A DNA stretch of 64,000 nucleotides from the human T2T-CHM13v2.0 reference genome, Homo sapiens: NCBI RefSeq assembly GCF_009914755.1, contig NC_060936.1, one strand, 5' to 3'. Within the stretch, counting starts at the first letter, position 1; every line of letters begins with the position of its first letter. The position numbers were made by a program, and so were the translations under genes. Shown piece by piece: positions 56,183 through 64,000 of this stretch. The notes below the pieces were generated by a model. It saw nothing but the letters and a program-made list of their open reading frames with translations, ran no database searches and was not told the DNA's origin.

Positions 56183-58364
56183 CTAGACAGTAAGAGTGCC
56201 TTATTTTAACTGCAGCTAGAACTGTCAACCCACTTGAATAGTTGTGAGGGTGTGGATAGATGCTGCTGTTGAGTAAAAAGGTAAAAAGACGTTTTTGAAT
56301 AGTAGAATACATACGGAGATAGAAAATTAAGAAATTAAGAGATAAGGGGGGAGCCAGGAAGAATGAAGTTCACAGTGACAGAGCAGGAATTAGAATTGGA
56401 GAATAGGAAGAAACTGGTCTTTAGAAATGTGTGGAAAATCCATAGTACATCTGTTAATATACCTATGTGGAAAACCCATAGTCCACCTGCTAAAGCTGTA
56501 GCCAGTCATCTGGACTGTAGGGGAAGACTGATGATCAAAATAGAGCAGCAATAATAATCTTAATAAACTGTGAAGCATAGTATTGGCAAAGAGCTTCCTT
56601 TTGAATTGGTTCAACTGCCTAGGAGCCATTGACTCTGCTAGTTTAGTGTTGAGGATATGCATTTTAAACCCAGTAGATCCAAATATAAGAAGTTTTTTGA
56701 CATTTTATAAAACTTTGTTGCATAGGTGTGGCTTAATACCCAAGCCAGTTGTCTTTGTCAGTAAATACATTTTTTTCACAGATATTGAAGTACCAAGGGT
56801 TAGGACATTTCACCAAAATGTGTTTACAGTCAACTAAACCTGAAATTATCGGATATAAACTACACGGACCTAGGAAGAATTTCAAATGATTCAACTGTCA
56901 ATAAAGGCCTTTTTGTAATTATGAGAATAGAATACAATTGTAAGCATTCAATTTTCCAGACAAGACAACTGCTTTTTTTTTAATCAATAAAGCACCTATA
57001 TTTTTCTTTCTTTTAAATGCTCAGCTTTCCTCTTGACATTTTAAAAGTGAGTTTGGTGCTTATGATTGATAATAATAACTTTTACATTAGCCATCTTTCA
57101 TCACTTGATTTGTCTATTTTCTTATGGTTTTATCCTTTGATCTCATTTAGCATTTGGGTGCGTTTTATTGATCTTATCCTGTGGTCAATTTGCATTCAAA
57201 GTTTTCATTCAGTTTAGTAGAAGCACTTGTAATATTGAATATTAAGGAGGAGTTTCAGGGGCCAATGTATGAGTTATCTGTTCAAACTGCCTACAACAAA
57301 TCCATAGAGGATTAAGTGGAAATTATTCACATATACTAATTAAAAGTTATTTAAATACTTAATGATTTTGAGAAAATATTGCTAAAATGAAATCTTTTTA
57401 CAATATATTTCTAGGCCCAGCTCTATGAGAAGGAGATCTTTGTGCTCATTATGCACAGTGAGGGAGAAGAAATATAGGAGGAAGTATCAGTCCCTCTCTA
57501 CATGCAGTCCATACTTTCATTTCTATTATACTTTCAGCTGTATTTAAAATTCAACCACAGGTTGAGGAATGTTGCCATTTCCTCCATTTTTCATCTTGTC
57601 AAATACATTGTATCAAATTTATTTAATTTTTAAAGATACTCACCCAGTTTAATAACTAATGTGTATAACCAGCATATACATCATGGCAATAGAATAGAAT
57701 TTAATTTTACCAAGACAACATCATATATATCAAGGAGTTTTTCTGCTGAAAAATCCTGCTGACCCAAATGTATTTTAATACAGGATTTCACCTCATATTT
57801 TGGTATTATTGTGTTAAAAGATGAAATGGTGTCTTGGAAGAAATGCATCCAGAATTGATCTGAACTCTCTCTCTCTCTCTCTCAAGCTAGAGGTAATTCA
57901 GTGACAAGCCTTTTAGAGAAATGATGAATGTAACGTAATGTTTCTGAACATGAATTTTTGTTGTGGTGGGGGAAACCTAATTAACCAACCTAAACTACTT
58001 CTATTCAAACACTCCAGAAAGATAACACCAGTCACAAACGTTAAATATCTGTTTTGCTTTACTTTATTTACTCATGCATTTATTCAACACTTGTTATGGA
58101 AGTTTATCTAAAACTAGGTCCAAAGTAATTTAGGCAGGCATACCCTATGTGAAAGATTCTGTAGAAAGCTTTAAATCATAGTGACAGCCATTAGAACTTG
58201 CTTAAAGAAAATGCTTTTCTGAATAATTCCGGGGAAACAATAGAAAAAAGAACTGTATCTGTAAGGTCTCCGTAAGAAATTACTCAGCATTTAGATATGT
58301 GCTCGTTTTAAAGAATGGAATTCAATGTATTGCTTTCTACATTTTGTGCATTTTTAAAAAAGAG

Positions 58365-58600
58365 ATTATTGTTATTGAGCATTTATTCTGTGTCAGGTAC
58401 ACATCTTAGCGTTTGAATGTTATATTCAAATCTCAAAATTTTCGAGTTAAACAAACTACATTGCAACTCACATTTTACTTTTGAGAAAATAGTAGCACAG
58501 AGAGATAAACTAATTTGCCTAACATCATATAAGTGGTTAGTGGCAGAGATGAGCTTTAAACGCCGGCAGTCTAATTCCAGAACGCAGGTTTCTACCTTCT
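58365..58600 (-). mobile_element. MIR
   Basis: ttattgagcatttattctgtgtcagg...ttagtggcagagatgagctttaaacgccggcagtctaattccagaac. Confidence 0.8.
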
Positions 58601-59602
58601 GTTCCATTTTCTTTCCACGCATGTCACTGATTTCTGTGTAAAATTGTGAACGTTGTTTTTTTCTGGGTGTCACAGGTAAGCAAAAATCATTCCAAATTGT
58701 TGATGGAGACTTCTAGAGTTAGATCTTCTATAAATTTATAAATTTAGAGATATATTTAAACAAGTAATTTAATTACATATTGCTTGAATATTACAAATGT
58801 TTATAAAATAATGGCTTTTTGCAATACATACATTTAATAGTCAAGTTCTGCTATTTTAGGTTTAAGGATGGTGATAAACTGGTTTACTTTAGAGACGTGG
58901 AGGATAAATGTATAATGTTATAGAAACAATCTCAATGTTTTATCCTGAAAAACATCCAGAACCCCATTTAATTTTGGAATATATATTTTTAAAGTTGTAT
59001 CAAATTGAAAGACAAAAGTAGTTTAGAACATTAATAGTTCATTTTTTTAAATGTTTATTATAACACTTTCTTCAAATTAGATGCTCTAACGTTTAAGACA
59101 AACGTTGATGGGAAAAAAAGGTATTTATTGTCTTAAGATTTCCTTAAAGAGTTAAATGTGTATGTAACTTTCAGGATGAGGAGTTGTATGTGAAACAGTT
59201 GAGACTGACAAACACCTGAGACTTGATCTGGGACATCTTAAAGAAAAATGCTGTGTTCTAGAAAAAAAAGTTAAGTATTTTCAGGCTTAGCATTGTCCAA
59301 AACAAGAGCAAGTTAATGTCAAAAACTCTTTGCAATTTGCGCATTCATTTATTTTTATTTATAATCATGGAACATGATTTCCCTTGCAGAGAAAATAGGA
59401 CAATGACTCACTTAACTCACTGAGTAGTTCACCTGAGAAACTTAGGGAGAATGGTTTTATATCTAACTTTGGGTAAAATGATATAGTTTCAATGTTTATT
59501 TGTAATAGGGCAATACAAAATTACTGTAACTGGCTGGGAAAATTCCAGATTCCTTAGATGGCTTCCCTCATGCAACTTCTACTCTGACCTCACAAAAATA
59601 AC

Positions 59603-59891
59603 TAGTTAGTTCTCCATATAAACAGTTCCACATCCATGAATTAAACCAACTAGATATAGAAAATATTCCTAATAAATAAATAAATAATAACAATACAACA
59701 GTAAAAAAAAAACAAAAAAAATAATATGGCAGCTATTCACACAGCACTTACATTGTATTAGTTATTATCAGTAATCTAGAAATTATGTGAAGTACCTGGG
59801 GGATATGCCATAAGGGGCATGGATCTCTGCAGATTTTAATATTCGTGGGGATCCTAGAACTAATTCCCAATGAATATGGAGAGATGACTGT
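59603..59891 (-). mobile_element. MER2/Tigger3-family MITE, both ends present
   Basis: ttacattgtattagttattatcagtaatctaga...gggatcctagaactaattcccaatgaatatggagagatgactg then TA. Confidence 0.82.
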
Positions 59892-60099
59892 ATTCCTTTT
59901 GCCTTGAAATGCACATGTTGATACCTTGTTGTTTTTGATTGTGGTAGGCCTCAGTCATGTTTTTAAAGTTCAATTGAAAGTCTTCATTGTATGTAAAATC
60001 TTTGTTGATGAATTATTTTAGCAGAAATTATTGTTCTATTTCAGAATATCCAAACTCTGCTCAAATCTTTTACTACAACACTAATTTCACGTTGTCTTT

Positions 60100-60790
60100 C
60101 ACAGTTCTTAGTTGTTTATGGGTGTACAACATCATTTTTAAATGTTTACAGTGTGACCCATAAGTGACTGCTAAATTTCCTGCTTATGAAAATTATAATA
60201 TCCTTTCTAGAATTTTTTATTAAAAAGTTTGAAATGTTACCTACGTCTACACTTCCCAGTTATTTTTATTTTTTTAATTGTACTAACATTGTATACACAT
60301 ATACATAAATATAATAAAATGGATATTATATAGAATATAATATTTTTATCACTTACCATAGTTGTATATTTCTTTATCTTTAAATATTTGTATTAAATAT
60401 AATCAATCTCCAACAAATTAAATTATTGCTTTATAATTTGTAAATAAAATCAATTGCATTTAGTTATGCATAAATCATTTTGCACACTTTTGCAGTTTCC
60501 CAAGATTGGTCCTACATATGAAAGTTAAAATTTTGAAATTTATTGCCTTTTTGTCCTAAACCTTCATTCTGCTTTGTTTTCAACTGTCATAGACTTTCCA
60601 ATTCTCACTAATAATGACAAACCACTATAAGGTTATTTTAAGCAATTTACATTTTTTATTTTGTGAATTTCCTGTTCCTGTTATTTTTTATTGCTGAGTT
60701 TTTAAAAATTGCATTGAAGATTCTCTACATAATAATGTTAATTATTTTATTTCTCATAAAAATTATATTTACTTAAATTTTTAACTCTCT
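60100..60790 (-). mobile_element. L1ME-type degraded fragments
   Basis: cataaatcattttgcacac and ttttgtgaatttcctgttc resemble antisense old L1 3' region. Confidence 0.45.
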
Positions 60791-60821
60791 TTAATTAAGA
60801 AAACTCCTTCATTTACTGTTT

Positions 60822-61262
60822 TCTTTTTTTTAATCTTTTATTTTATGTTTGGGGGGTATATATGAAGGTTTGTTATATAGGTAAACTTAAGTCATAAGGG
60901 TTTGTTGTATAGATTATTTCACCACCCACGTATTAATCCTAATACCCACTAGCTATTTTTTTTCTGATACCACCATCTACCCGTCAAGTAGACCCCAGTA
61001 TCTGCTGTACCCTTTTCTTTGTTCATGAGTTCTCATCATTCAGTTCCCACATAAGTAAGAATATGTGGTATTTGGTTCTTCTGTGTTAGTTTGCTAAGGA
61101 TAATAGCCTCCAGCTCTATCCATGTTTCCGTAAAAGACATAATCTCATTCTTTTCTATGGCTGCATAGTATTCCACGGTCCATATGGGCTGCATTTTCTT
61201 TATCCACTCTGTCATTCATGGGCATTTAGGTTGATTCCATGTCTCTGCTATTGTGAATAGTC
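60822..61262 (-). mobile_element. L1PA15/16 3' end
   Basis: aggtttgttatataggtaaactt...cagctctatccatgtt...gctattgtgaatag; approximate TSD tcatttact(g)ttttctt at 60809 and 61272. Confidence 0.9.
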
Positions 61263-64000
61263 CTCAAAAGGTCATTTACTTTTCTTAGCAAAGTAAATTT
61301 TTCAAATTTATTAATTGAACAAACAAAAATTTCATCAGTTTGATCACCTAACATCTTTTATGTGAAACCAAGTATGTCAGTTTTTGGAAGACTGAATTCT
61401 AGTCTGGTTCAATTTTTTATTCATCGTGAGTAATTTATTTGGCAGTAAAAAGACTCTTTACATGAATAAATAAAAGAATGACTGGTGAAATGATACTTTC
61501 TTCATCTGATATGTGTTTCAAATATACCTCTCTACAGAAAATAATTAAGCTGGAAATTACTGCTGAAAATCTTCAATCCAAATCTTGATTGAAAATGAAG
61601 GCATTTTCATTATTTATTGCATTATTTTCTAAATAAATTTTTTAAAATAGATGATAATATTGCTTGCTTTTACATTTTAGAAAAGAAAGGTAAGATTTAA
61701 AAAATTCATTGAAAGCATTATCCTATAAGGAAATATTAATCACATGAGATATTGATATAAAATGTAAATATATTATGAGTTATATATAAGAAAAAAATTC
61801 ATAAAGCATTTCATATGTATCTGATGAAACTTAATTGCACACACAAGTATGATTTTCTGTGAATCTAATGTGCTGTAAGGCTTGCATGAAAACAGTAAGT
61901 ATATGAGAACTCATACACTGAGGGAAATGACTTGAAAGATAGATAGTATGCCCGGTGCCATTTAATAATGCGAAAATGAAGAGAAAAAGTAGATGGAGTG
62001 TTAACAAAATTTTTAGCTATTGATAAAATAAAGCTATTTTAAAGTCCATGAAAAACATGTAATCAAAATGTTCATAAGGAAGTTAGAAATATGTGCAAAA
62101 TAGGATAAAATAGGATTCATCATATAAAAATGCAAATTATCATAACTGCAGAAAAATAGTTTGAAAATAGCATGTTTGGATACTAAAATAACTTAGAAAT
62201 CCATAGCACTGAATAATGTTAAAAAAATTCTGAGTGCAAAGTTAGACCTCAGCATATCTTACAGTGTAATGATAAAATCACAGAGCTATCCATTATGCTT
62301 TGGATAAAGTTCAAAACCCTCTAAGATAGTTTACAAAGCATCAGCAATCTACTACCTGCAAAATTGTACAAATTCTCCTCTCTATTTGCTTTTCTTGATA
62401 TATTAAGAATGATTCTTTGACTTCTGGCCTGTGCAATAGTTTAATTTTTTAATCAGGGTGAATTATAGCATTCTTTCCTAAATAATTATCACAGGGATAA
62501 GAGCATACAATTTTGTGGATTAAATATGAGTTACATTTTGTACATGTTTGGTGTGAGTTGGCACCCTGAAAAATTACATTGTGATACCCAAGAGGAAGTT
62601 CAATAACTCTGGTAGTGATTTATATTTAAATTTTAGTGGAAGGAAGGCTGCTGTTCTGTTAGTTTCTGTCTGGCCATACTGGGTAACTACAGATGACCTT
62701 TGTTCTAAACATATTGGCTTGTGTCATACTAATTGTTAATTATTTTTAATATCTTCTTCAAATAGAAGATTGTGACTGGATTTTCCTAGGGAGAAATTAA
62801 GATGCAGACAGAAATAGGTGAGGAGTCCAAAACAAATCCCAATCCATATTCTGCTTTACATTAATAAACAGGAATGAATGCATAGACTTGTATGGAAATG
62901 GAAGCCTGCCATCTATACAATCTGAAGTTTATGTTCATTTGAAAGGCAATATCTACTAGCTCTTTGAAATTAATGTGCCTAATATCTTAACTGTAATCTT
63001 TGCCAATATAAAATACATAGTTGTTTAATTTTTTCAAAAGTTATTTTCCTAAGATGCTGTTAAGAAATTGTTAATAATTCCTCATGCATCAATTTATTGA
63101 CAGCTAAAATAATTATTTTTCCATTTCTAAACTTTGGGAAAATATTGATCAAGGCAATTCATATTGTTTTTGTTTATTTATTCAGTTGGGATTCATGTAT
63201 AACTTCAATAGTTTGTGGCAAGGCATTTTGTATCACATGCTTTGGCAGAAAGATGATTTTATTTATTCTTTAGATATTACCATTTTGAAATAAGTTTCCC
63301 AAAGTGATTTTCTTCTTTCCATTTCCTACTGTGTGCTTAAAAAGGGATTATAATTTCTAAATGCTTTTGTTGGACTCCCCTGTCTCAGATACATTCATCT
63401 TTTACCGGAAATCAGCCTTCACAAAAGAAATAATATTCAGCATGAGGTCATTATTATTCTGTATTTTCATGTCCAGTAGATGATTTATTTCAGAACCTCA
63501 TTTTCTCATCATATGGTTTTATTCAGCTTACTGATAATGTTTACTTTGTTCAGAATGAATTCCCAAAATAGAATGATTGGACTGGAAGAGACCTCAGGAC
63601 ACTGTTTCATTTTTCCCTCCATCACTAAGTACTTAAATTGTAAGTTCTATAATGAAGACTTCATTTTTAAAAAATAAAACTTTTTACCCACTCACTCTTC
63701 ATTTTACTTCTTCCCAAATGCATTTCCTCTAGGATTTGTTTATTTGTTTAAAATAGACAAGTAGATTTTAAATATTTAATCTTTAAAAACATGTAGTAAA
63801 ATATTTCATCATTTCTGCCAGCCATTGATCCCTAAGCAGTTAATTATATAAAATTACACAGAGCCACCCCCATGTACCTCAGAAATGTTTAACCTTTGGT
63901 TTCTCTACAGATGAATGTGCTTTCCCCTGGAGTTTTTCTTTGGGTGCACAGATGTGGTTCTCAGCTTCACTGCAGTTTGAGAAGCTCAGACTACCTTGAG

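Noticed and set aside
58670-63915. Isolated splice-like sites (cagGTAAGC ~58677, aagGTAAGA ~61690, tctctacAG ~63910)
   Set aside because: No paired sites defining a credible coding exon; such motifs are frequent by chance

Overview
AT-rich, CpG-poor anthropoid primate (human-like) genomic DNA, judged from AluY/S/J, THE1 and L1PA elements. It is intergenic or deep intronic. I find no supportable protein-coding exon, RNA gene or CpG island, and the ORF track is explained by repeat-derived or chance ORFs. Bases 1-37.5 kb are almost wall-to-wall nested transposon fossils: several L1s, two THE1 proviruses in inverted orientation, MLT/MER LTRs, a HERV-L pol scrap and DNA transposons. Bases 38-50 kb hold L2, Alu and L1MA relics, and 50.5-64 kb is mostly unique AT-rich sequence. 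I see no new biological system. The points worth checking are structural: two twin-priming L1 5' inversions, an L1 whose ORF1-ORF2 deletion may be a splice junction, a scrambled HERV-L/L1/MLT2A block, LTR-internal duplications and a 56-bp perfect A/T palindrome grown from an Alu tail. Subfamily names come from recalled consensus similarity and need RepeatMasker/Dfam confirmation.
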